A stretch of 62,614 bases of DNA, filler included, from Sluysia triapertura (taxonomy: Eukaryota): NCBI GenBank assembly GCA_046118255.1. It is 5 parts of 5 records of this genome, joined end to end, with 100 filler letters (N's around TTAATTAATTAA, not from the genome) between each part and the next. Parts side by side here need not be neighbours in the genome. Positions count along the whole stretch, not along the records: positions 49,913 to 62,614 come from JBJNIA010088574.1; 4 more parts are not named here. One strand, given 5' to 3'. Shown piece by piece: positions 52,680-62,614 of the stretch. The notes under the pieces were generated by a model that did no database searches, had not been told where the DNA came from, and saw only the letters and a list, made by a program, of their open reading frames with translations. The position numbers and the translations under genes are program-made. Numbering within the stretch: the stretch's first letter is position 1; every line of letters starts with the position of its first letter.

Positions 52680-54044
52680 TCATTGTGTGACATTTACTAC
52701 TACTATTATTATTATAATTATTATTGTAGAGGGTTGTTGTTTCTTTTGTGTAGAATTAAGATGTTTCAACGTTATTGAGGGCTTTGTCAGTTTAAATTGA
52801 TTTGAAAAAAAATAGGGATGGCACAGTTGGAACTTTTGAATGAGACAATTACTTGCAAGGTGATCAACGAAAAATTGTTTGCGTATCAAGATATTGTGAT
52901 GCACATATTTGCTGGAATTTAAAAACTTAAAGAATCCTACTTCGTTTAGGTCAATTGTAATTCTAATGTCAACGGTCGTTGCATCTTTCGAGATTTCGAC
53001 CTTAGTTTGTTTATGGTGTGAGTTAACTATAGAAATATTACGTAAAACTTGCAGAAAGGTTCTATCAAAGTCTCGGTTGTTACTTAACTTAGAAATCTGT
53101 TGATTCACTTTATTTTTGAGATTAATGAAATTTACAGTTACATTATAACACCAAAACAGTTTATAAGATTTACAAAATATATATATTACAATTTTAAATT
53201 TATAGTTGTAAGAAAAGAGATTCGCTGGAACTGCAGGCGGTTGTATTTCTTTCCCCATGAATCCGTGAATGTTGAAACTTGCCCTAGGAATAGAGTTATA
53301 AATAATATGATATATAATATTATTGGAGAAGGTAATAATAAAATTTAATGTCAACTTATTACTTGATAGGTACATGCTTTCTGCCTGACTGTCCACCAGC
53401 TTGCCGTTACCAATACATAATAATATTGTTAGATTATATTCATCATCATTTGTATTTTGTTCGACACTGCCAATAAGTAATAATGCTCTGAGGTCGCATT
53501 CGCCATAGTTCGTACTCTGCGTTACATTGAAAAAACGAGATAATGTTCTAGGATCCGATTCGCTGTCATCTACACTCTGCTTTATACTACTAACATCGAT
53601 TGCACTCTGCTTTAAATTACTAACATTGTTTGCACTCTGTTTTACATCACTAACATTGTTCGCACTCTGCTTTACATTAATGACATCGCTTGCACTCTGC
53701 TTTACACTAATAACGTCGTTCGCACTCTGCTTTACATTAATAACATGGTTTGCACTCTGCTTTTCATTGATAACATCGTTTGTACTCTGCCTTACATTAA
53801 TGACATCGCTTGCACTCTGCTTTACATTACTAACATTGTTTGCACTCTGCTTTGTATTACTGGCATCGTTTGCACTCTGCTTTACACTAATAACATCGTT
53901 CGCACTCTGCTTTACATTAATGACATCGCTTGCACTCTGCTTTTCATTGATAACGTCGTTTGTACTCTGCTTAATGTTACTAGTACATGGTGATATGCTG
54001 AGATCACGCTCATCATCGTCTAACACCCAAGGGCTTTCCATCAA
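52680..54044 (-). CDS. Family B-associated ORF (454 aa) with 10-aa repeats (KQSANDVINV) x about 14; function unknown
   Basis: Longest ORF in the window, intronless, about 300 nt downstream of the HP2-type hairpin at 54341-54392; stays open for about 290 codons beyond the repeat. Confidence 0.6.
   Translation of the reverse strand: MMESPWVLDDDERDLSISPCTSNIKQSTNDVINEKQSASDVINVKQSANDVISVKQSANDASNTKQSANNVSNVKQSASDVINVRQSTNDVINEKQSANHVINVKQSANDVISVKQSASDVINVKQSANNVSDVKQSANNVSNLKQSAIDVSSIKQSVDDSESDPRTLSRFFNVTQSTNYGECDLRALLLIGSVEQNTNDDEYNLTILLCIGNGKLVDSQAESMYLSSNKLTLNFIITFSNNIIYHIIYNSIPRASFNIHGFMGKEIQPPAVPANLFSYNYKFKIVIYIFCKSYKLFWCYNVTVNFINLKNKVNQQISKLSNNRDFDRTFLQVLRNISIVNSHHKQTKVEISKDATTVDIRITIDLNEVGFFKFLNSSKYVHHNILIRKQFFVDHLASNCLIQKFQLCHPYFFSNQFKLTKPSITLKHLNSTQKKQQPSTIIIIIIIVVVNVTQ
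53570..53975. repeat. 30-bp coding minisatellite
   Basis: Unit about TGCACTCTGCTTTACATTAATGACATCGCT, about 14 copies, with degenerate copies near 53455-53530. Confidence 0.95.
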
Positions 54045-54340
54045 TTGAAATTATTTGTAATTTTCAAAATGACTGAATTTGTTGAATAATTGAATCGTTA
54101 TAGTTTTCCAACTATTGATTTTAAAATATACTCAGAATTGTGTATTGAATTATTTTCAATATGTCTGACTACTTAGTCTAATTGTTGTGTGTCTCGTCTG
54201 CTGATTACTAATTGTTTTTTCATACAGTACTGTCTAATATAATCACTGTTTTTTTATTCGCTGTTTTATTGAAAATGCAGTATAGTTCTCTTTTTTAACT
54301 AACAATTTTCTTTGTTCTCCACTGTTTGCCATTAATGAAT

Positions 54341-54392
54341 GCCCAATCAGATTCGTTGTGGTTGTAATAATGTGGTAATAATCTGATTTGGC
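54341..54392 (-). ncRNA. HP2-type hairpin, module copy 6 (HP1 absent or reduced)
   Basis: gcccaatcagatt/aatctgatttggc, lying between an AAT tract (54460-54615) and ORF 52680-54044. Confidence 0.4.
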
Positions 54393-55723
54393 GATGTACA
54401 TAAGACGGCTACTTGTACGAAAAAATTATTACGTAAGAATTAAAGTGTTTATGAATCATGATAGTAATGATAATGAATAATAATAAGAATAATAATGATA
54501 ATAATAAAAACATGAAAATTATAAAATGACAATAATTACGATAAAAAGTAATAATAAGAATAATAACGGTAATAATAATGATATTAATAATAATGATATT
54601 AATAATAACAATAAGTGACTAAATTTATGGGATATTAAATATATTATTTATTGATGAAATGTGTATCGACAATTTAGAATTATATGTCACTATTATTTCA
54701 ATATATTTGTGATATTTATTCTGTGTATAAAAATTCTTTCTCAGGAACAATAATATGAAATAATTAAAATAAATTTACTTTAATTAAATAATTTATTATA
54801 AATTCAATGATACTTACTCAACAATACAATTAATTTTTTCTTTTTATATAATTTATTATTCACATTATTAAATTAATTTGTATAATTACCTCATCACTTT
54901 TCATCATTAATACAATTTGGCACAAATTCTAAAGAACTATTGGATATGATTCAAATAAAACGTTTTTTCATGGATTAACGAAAATAATTACATTAAAGCT
55001 AATTAGTGAATCTTTGTGGCAACATTTTTGTCATTTGGGACATTTCTTCTTACATAGTCGACAAAGAATCATTTCATCAGATGAAATTATGTTACTCTTT
55101 CATAAACGGTGAAATACGATTTCTATGTAAAAATTATTGAATTTATTGATTGAGAAATTTAGGCGTATTTGAGTGTAGACATCGCTAAACCTCGCGGAAT
55201 TGATCATATGAATGAATGTCATATTGAGTATTGAATAATAGTTACATTCTAGTTTAAGTTATGATACATTTATTCTGATGCTTTCCAGGAATACAGATTT
55301 CATTGAGTTGGTAGACCTCTATTCTGCTATTGATATTTGTCCAAAGATATATATTAAAAATATCCCAATTGTGAATAGTTTCTTTATATACATAAATATA
55401 GAAGTAAATTCTTCGACTTACCAAACCGTAGAAGTCATCGCAGAAGTTATGGATTATTTTCTAATACCAATTATTTGCTCTTTGCGTTATTCTATAGCAT
55501 CAAAAATGAACATATATTTTCTGCAAACATTGCAGCATTCCAGAAGAATTCTCCATTCTATTTCATAACCTTTTATTTGAACAAAACATAAATTTGCAAG
55601 TAGTATTTCCGTAGAACTAGTTTTACTTCAAATTTAGTTGTAAAATATTTAATTTTGAATTTTCACACAATAACAATTATTTATTTATTCAAATAACGTT
55701 AAAATAAATGTTTTTCTATTCAG

Positions 55724-58700
55724 AGCATCTAGTTTTGCTGAAGTCAATAAATTACTACGCGAACAGCTAGATGAAGCTACTGAAGCTAATCAAGGTTTAA
55801 CGGAAGAATGTCAGAAATTGTCCAAAGACTTAGAAGATTTACAAACTGAATGTGATCGTCGTGAACAAGAAGCTAAAGACGATGAAACAATATTTAATCG
55901 ATATGCTGGTAGTATTGAAAATAGAATTCGTGGTTTAATGAATGGCATTATGAATTTTAAAAAGCAATTCAATGAAATTCGAACTGTTAATGAACGAGAT
56001 TTGCATCAAGTATGCAATAAATTACAGTTAATTTGTATATCAATAAATTATGTAGCTTATTAAATAATAATTGTTTTTCAGTTACGATCTGACGTTGAAC
56101 AATCAACCCAGTCATTACGTCTCGCATGTTCTAATCTTGATACAAATATAAAGAATAAAATTGCTAATATTGAATTTCAACTGGAAACAGAAAGAGCCAA
56201 TTCAGCTCAATTAGAAGCAGCATTGAATAAAGCTAAAGATGATTTAAAGAAAAGCGAGCAACAAAATCAAAAACAATTGGAAAGTTTTAAAGATAATTTC
56301 AATCAAGTTAATAAAACGAATGATCAATTGATGAAAGAAGTTTGTTTAATATTTTCTTCTAAATTGAAATTAATTTTGTTTTCCATTGAAATACTTCTTT
56401 ATATGAGAAACATCGGTGTTAGTATAGTATTAAGTTAATCGCGCCTAAAAGGACTAATTTAGTAGCATTAATGTTAGAATTATTGGATATTTTTGATACC
56501 TATTTGTACCACAATGTCATTTAATGAATTTAAAAGAACAAAAGAGACTATGCTGTTTCCTGTAACATCCATCCAGTATCATTTCCATTAGAATTGAATT
56601 GAGAACAGTCATTTTTTTATGAAATCACTTCATATCTTCATCATACTCGATTTCTATCATATTTTTCATGCTGCAATCTATAAATTAATATTAAAATTCA
56701 TTAAAAGTTATGCATAATTAAAGGCAGTTTCTTAAGTCATTTATTTAATATATAATTAGTTATATAATACGCCTAGCATAGTTGAAAAAAACATTTTAAT
56801 GATATACTTTGTGTTAAGTCCTGGCGCGACTAATAAAATAGCAAAAAACTTACAAAAATGTCTAATTTTAATTTATTAGTTTATAATTGGATAATAGAAG
56901 CAATGTACGAAGCTAGTGAATGTATCGGATTAGTCGCGGAAGGGGTTAAAATTAAGAAGTCAAAATAAAGGAAACAAATCTTAACGTTTTAATAGTGTTA
57001 AATAAGAAATCACGACCACAATGTAAATTCAATTTCGAAAGAAATCATGATGTTAAATTTTGCTTTTCTTGCAAAACAATATATTCATTCACGTAAGTGA
57101 CCTAAGTTCCATCTTAATTATCAAATCTCGTTTATTCACCTAATTTGGCTTCAAATTGACTTTATTATTCACATATCTGAAAACGTTTTTGAATCTAAAG
57201 AAGATTTAAAGCTTGCTACTTAAAATGATTTTATACGAAACAAATCTATTAACCCTAATATATTCTACATAGTTGAATTAATTGTTTATTACTTTGATGA
57301 TTTATATATACACAAAAAATCATTTGTGACTTTAAAATATATTAAATAAATTAATAATTTTTAAACAAGAACAAATTGAGAGATATTTTAGTGCAGTTCA
57401 CATAATTCAAACATTCTACCCAATCAAACACAATACATACAATCTTCAAATTCATCCAAACAAATTAAAATATGTGCATCTACATATATTATTTATTGCT
57501 AAGTACATTACATAACCATATATTAATTTTGTCGTAATTTTAGTTTAATTTTTCAACATCGTATATGCTTTATATCACTCTCGAATAAAATGGCTTTAGC
57601 TATTCGACATTCGGTCCACTGCTTTTCTATCGTAATTTTAGAATTACCATCATAAAATTCTTGTGGATCGAAATGAAGATTTTATATATGTTTTTTTTAT
57701 TAATACATTCACTAAATGATTTTCTTGGACAAATTGTAGCTTGTGTCATTTTTGTTATATTTGTATATTTGTTATATTTGTTATATTTGTTATATTTAGC
57801 TCTGTTCGTTAAGGAAATTACAACCAGGCTTTTATCAATTGTTTGATCATATGTGCTATTTATTAGGAATAACGTCAATCCAATATTTATATACTTTATT
57901 TTGAATTCGTGTGCTTGTAGAATCTCAAGTAGTCTTAAATAGGTCCTGCATCTTAAACGTCTTCAAGATTTCTGGAGATGCTTTACCTTCATATATTTCG
58001 AGAATCTTCTTGTATGTTAACTTCATTACTTATTTTTAAAGTTTCAATCTTCTGCACAAGTATCTTGGTTTTATCGCCTGAAATCTCTTTTAATTTCGTC
58101 ATTGTCGATGACATTTTCATATAGATACCTTTTCTCTGATTCTTTGTCAAGTAATCCAATTTCTCGAACACTGCTTTTGAATTTACCTGATTTAATTGCA
58201 AAATAATCGTCTTTTCCAATTTTTCGGTAAAGAAAATATCTTTCGAGCTTTATATTTTCTTTCTGGACTTTTTCTACAAATCATAATTCTTGTAAATTTT
58301 TAAAATTAATCTATAAAAGAGTACTAACAAAATGTTTAGGTGACAGGGCAATTAATATTTGATTTCTTTTCATAAATAAAAAATCAGTTACTATATGTTG
58401 AGATTTATTAATTTTGTTTAAATAAATTAATAATTTTTAAGCAAGAAAAATTGAGAAATTTTAGAGCAATTTACATTTTTGTGCTACATAATTTTCTATT
58501 CACATAATTAATATATTTTATTTAATTAGTTAAAATTAGGGCTGGGGCTTTTAAGGATTTTCTTGCACCGGTGCATCAGGAACAGTCCTACTAAGTAATT
58601 AAACTCCCACTGAATGATTTAATAATAATGTATTATTCAGTAAAATATAATACAATAAAAACAAGAATGAAATTACAACGTAACGTTATGAATTTCGATG

Positions 58701-61700
58701 GATTTTTAATAAAATAAAGGTAGAACCAGATGTATATATTATACTATAAATGTATCGTATTTTCTTGCTTATAGTTTATACATCAATAGTTTAGAAATTT
58801 ATTTTATTGATCCTAAAGAAGAAATGTATGTCTGCGGGTTATATTAAAAAAGTTGATTTTTATAATCGGGCTAAATATTAAATGCGAATTACACACAAGA
58901 AAATACGGTATATTATGAAACACCTATGAACAACTATTATTCCAAAATGAGACATGTTTTGTATTATAAAACATTGATTTGCCAATTAAAAATTTATTGT
59001 AAATATTCTAGACTTATTGATCATGTTTATAAGATAAAATCAGGTGCGCCTAAAATCAAAATCCGGTGTATGAGGTACAATCCTAGTTAAAATATATACA
59101 GTCTACACTCAGAAATAGTATTCATTCAAAAAATTAATCACTTTTATTAGTGCTAAAATTTCAATATAAATTTAAATAACTAAATTAATTGCATTATAAT
59201 TTGACAATTTATTTTGTAATTATTTTATTTAATATTTAAACAAAATAAATAATAATGAAATATTATGTTACATAATTATTAAATATTGTTTTAACTAATT
59301 ATGTCGTTTTTATTATCCTTCAACGTTTATGTTTTATTAGTTATTTTTAATTAATTAATTTCTTTATTTGATATAAAAGATAAAATATAATAAATGTAAT
59401 ATTACTTATTTTACCGAATTATGAGGTTTTCTAAACAACTAAGTAAATAAAACAATTATTTATAGATTATTAGTAATAATAATTTGTTTAATTTAGTTAA
59501 GTGAAAAGGACAAGGTAATTTTTACCTTACAGAAGTTGCGTAATGGTACTGTAACTGATTTGGAAAGTGGAATACCCGATGATCCAACAATTCGTCAATT
59601 AATTCTAGACACAGATGCAGTGTATCAAGCATTGCACGATATTGGACAACTTGTAATGGCTGATAATTTTTCAAATACCAATCAAGGTGATGTGTTTTAT
59701 GAACAAGAAGATGATGTAAATGATCAGTTAAATCTTCGTCAAACATTATCAATTAACAGTCTCCAATCAAATCGCAGTACTAGTCCAGTTAGAAGTCCTA
59801 TGAAACATGGTAGTCAAACAAATACAACTTGGAATTATGGCAGTTTAGATAGACAGCAATTAAAATCCTACAATAAATCGCCCATTGCTAATGCTGATTC
59901 TACGTGTGCAGCGGTAAGATCTGCTTTACAGAAGAAATCACTCCAGGTTGAATATTATTATAAAATTAATATTATATGGGTGTGTATTTATATGTATGTA
60001 TGCACTTCAGATACAGGATTTAACGGCCAAACTGAATCAGCACAAATCTAGTGTCAGTCAATTCAAACGTAATTCTGAGGAATCGGAAGCTGAACGCCGT
60101 CAATTGGAAAAACAATTTATTGAACTACGTCGTGAATTCGATCAAAACCATCGCGAATTGGATGATTTACAACGTGAATGTGAACGACAAAAACATACGA
60201 TTCAAGTTTTAGAAGAAGATAAATTAAAAATGGAAAAGTCTCGTGCTAATATTTTCGATGAGATGAAAGTTTTGCAACACGAATTGGAAAAGTTCAAATC
60301 TGCCAATTATGAACTACAACGTGTTAAAGAAAATTCATTGGATAAGTGCGCTGATTTGGAAAAAAATATTGAACGACAGGTTTTTATGCATTTTTTAAAA
60401 TCTTTTTTCTAGATAATTCAAGTGTCGTATTTCCTTGTCTATAGCCCACGGGTTATATATTGAAAAAAGTGAATTTTTATGGTGCGAGTTATACATCAAT
60501 AGTTTAGAAATTTATGTTATTGATCCTAAAGATATATTAATTTTTCGATGAATCTAATGTTGCCTACAACCAAAAACAATTCAATTTAAAGAGAAACCTT
60601 TAAATTGTAATTAAATTTATATCTATTTGGTGATATCAAAGATGTTTTTGTTCAAAAACATTAAACCATATATTAAAGCTATGTGTGATAGTTATATTAA
60701 AATAAGTTGATTTTTATAATGCGAGCTATATATTAAGTGCGGATTATTCAAAAGAAAATACGGTAATCAATTTCCAATATTTATATAACATTTCCTAATA
60801 TAAACGTAAGAAACAATCTACTCAGCTAAGTTTCAAAAATTGACATTTAATAGTACGGTTTTTTCGTCTTACCAAAAAACGATCTAAAACTTAAGTCGTT
60901 GTTTCACATACTTGCTTCACATAGTAGTACCAAAGAACTCATAGAAGTAGATTATTAACATTGACTTTCTATATTTTCTTAAATATTTGCTTTTATGAAT
61001 ATAATTAATAATATGTCTAATAATTTTATATTTTTATATTAGAAATTCTAATAAATAAATATAGATAAAACCTCCAATAAATATTTACAAATATAAATTA
61101 TTTATTGTTTTTAGTAGATAAAATTTGATTATATATTTAATTTAATTAGCTTAGAGAAACTGAACGTTTACATAAAAATTTGGAAAATTCTGAAAATAAA
61201 AGTAGCAAATTGCGGGAAGAAGTGGCTTCATTACGGGACTCTTTTAATAAATTATTAATCGAAAAAGAAGTATTGGAAAAAGAAAAGGCAGCAATTCAAG
61301 AAGCATTCAATAATTCGGAAATGAATAAGACTGATTTTGAAGTAACTTCAAACAAAGTTAGTTTCATGGGGAAAATAATTTTTGATGATAGTGGACTATA
61401 ATTATAATATAATATATTTCTATTTGAATTTAAAGTATTAACCTGATTCATAAGTATTTGCATTTTATGACCTTTAAATTTTAAAATTTAATAATGTGAA
61501 TATTTAAACAGTTTTCTATTTTTGTAATAAAATTGTATCAAATTTGTAATTATTATCTCTAAAAAAACAAATATATTTGATTCATATTAATAATTAACAA
61601 ATTATTTTGTTAATTATAATAAAATTAGATTTAATTAAGTTTCAAATTTATATTTAGTTGAAAACAGAAGAAGCAAAATTGAAAGATAAACTTTTGCAAA

Positions 61701-62525
61701 TGGAATCACAAATACTTAATACACAGAAAGAAAATTCGGAAATGAAAATGTATATTGGTCAAATCGAAAACGAAAAAAAACGACTTGCAGCAGACAAACA
61801 AGCATTAGAACAAGTAGAATTTTAAATTGTTTATATCTAATGATATATAAAATATATTCTTAAATTTTACTATTAAATTATTAATATTATCTATTGACTT
61901 TATTAAGTAAGTAATAAACAATATTTTATAGGAAAAATATGGAATTCGTGAAGAGTTATTGCGTGTAGAAAACGAAAAAGAAGAATTAAATCAAGTAAAA
62001 GACGGTCTTCATCATTCTATGCAATCTGTGGAAAAGTCTCACGAATCATTACAAAATGATATTAATCGCTTGAATTGTGAGAAAGAAGAATTAGAAAATA
62101 CTATTAGTTGTTTACAACGTGAAAGAAATACTATATCTAATGAGTTGTTACAAGCTCGCAGAGATGCTGAAAGATTATCAAATGCGGTACAAAAATTAAT
62201 GAAAGAAAAAGAAACTATTAATAAAGAAAAAAATGATTTCATAGCACAGGTTATTTTGCAAATATAGATTTTATTTAATAAATATATTATTTATTATTAA
62301 AAGTAAAAAATTATTATGAAAATATTTAAAATAAAATTTAGATTAAATCAATAGAACGCGAATTGCGATCTAATTCTGATACAATTTACATGATTCAAAA
62401 TGAAAAAGATCAATTAGATAGTACTTTATATGAGAGTCAACAATTAATACAGCAATTAGAGTCACAAATTGAAAGTCTGGAGAATAATTTACATCAATCA
62501 GAAAGAAAACGAACAACACTTTATG
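55724..62525 (+). CDS. CROCC: Rootletin (ciliary rootlet coiled-coil protein)-like gene, partial. Exons 55724-56009, 56082-56339, 59497-59946, 60011-60379, 61150-61356, 61658-61813, 61932-62249, 62342-62525
   Basis: All introns GT-AG with consistent phase. ASSFAEVNKLLREQLDEATEANQGL...ERDLHQL, QALHDIGQLVMAD, DSTCAAVRSALQKKSLQIQDL, LKTEEAKLKDKL and EKDQLDSTLYESQQLIQQLE correspond in order to rootletin motifs. 5' and 3' exons not seen. Confidence 0.9.
56818..56945. mobile_element. piggyBac-like MITE remnant in a rootletin intron
   Basis: TTAA on both sides; inverted cgcgactaat/attagtcgcg; right end GGAAGGGG|TTAA. Confidence 0.4.
58755..58908. mobile_element. Tc2/mariner-like MITE, short copy
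   Basis: TIR CGTATTTTCTTG...CAAGAAAATACGG with TA flanks; internal-deletion relative of 60425-60763. Confidence 0.75.
60425..60763. mobile_element. Tc2/mariner-like MITE, long copy
   Basis: CGTATTTCCTTG...AAGAAAATACGG|TA; shares ttatacatcaatagtttagaaattt...ttattgatcctaaaga with 58755-58908. Confidence 0.75.
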
Positions 62526-62537
62526 GTTTGCTTATGT

Positions 62538-62606
<69 letters not shown>
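62538..62606. repeat. (AAT)n microsatellite at contig end, intronic
   Basis: Perfect run after the last rootletin donor. Confidence 0.95.
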
Positions 62607-62607
<1 letters not shown>

Positions 62608-62614
62608 TAATAAT

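Noticed and set aside
53527-54048. Antisense Leu/Cys/Phe-rich 173-aa ORF and overlapping 53745-53993
   Set aside because: Confined to the 30-bp repeat, which lacks stops in those frames; shadow of the minus-strand ORF.
55080-55568. Decayed hAT transposase C-terminus around ORF 55278-55568
   Set aside because: Vague similarity only; no ERSFS motif, TIR or TSD seen.
57989-58219. Lys-rich minus-strand ORF in the rootletin intron as a nested gene
   Set aside because: No recognisable domain, flanked by stops; probably decayed transposon sequence.
1-62614. tRNA or rRNA genes
   Set aside because: No cloverleaf or rRNA-like conserved segment recognised by eye; tRNAscan-SE and barrnap would settle it.

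Overview
Very AT-rich eukaryotic (invertebrate animal-like) DNA, not prokaryotic. The window is five contigs of about 11.7-13.4 kb (1-13435, 13536-25198, 25299-37012, 37113-49812, 49913-62614) joined by an identical artificial spacer, N44-TTAATTAATTAA-N44, so adjacency across gaps is not meaningful. Host genes: part of a multi-exon rootletin/CROCC-like gene (+, 55.7-62.5 kb), the 3' exons of a calmodulin-like EF-hand gene (-, 11.8-12.4 kb) and three spliceable exons of an unidentified gene (+, 26.7-27.5 kb). Intronless disabled copies of liprin-alpha and SET/NAP are also present. Much of the rest is transposon-derived: hAT, Tc1, Tc2-like and piggyBac-like remnants, a Ty3/Gypsy RT fragment, and two unrecognised TG...CA-bounded families. 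Family A is 1.8-2.0 kb, non-coding, with exact 4-bp TSDs. Family B has a G-poor leader, an (ATT)n tract, a tandem two-hairpin module with compensatory base changes and G-U pairs (7 copies in 4 contigs), then a fast-evolving, tandem-repeat-rich ORF region; one copy carries an in-frame piece resembling CBP/p300 TAZ1. The family B module is the best candidate for an undescribed system. All calls are by eye; no searches or folding programs were run.
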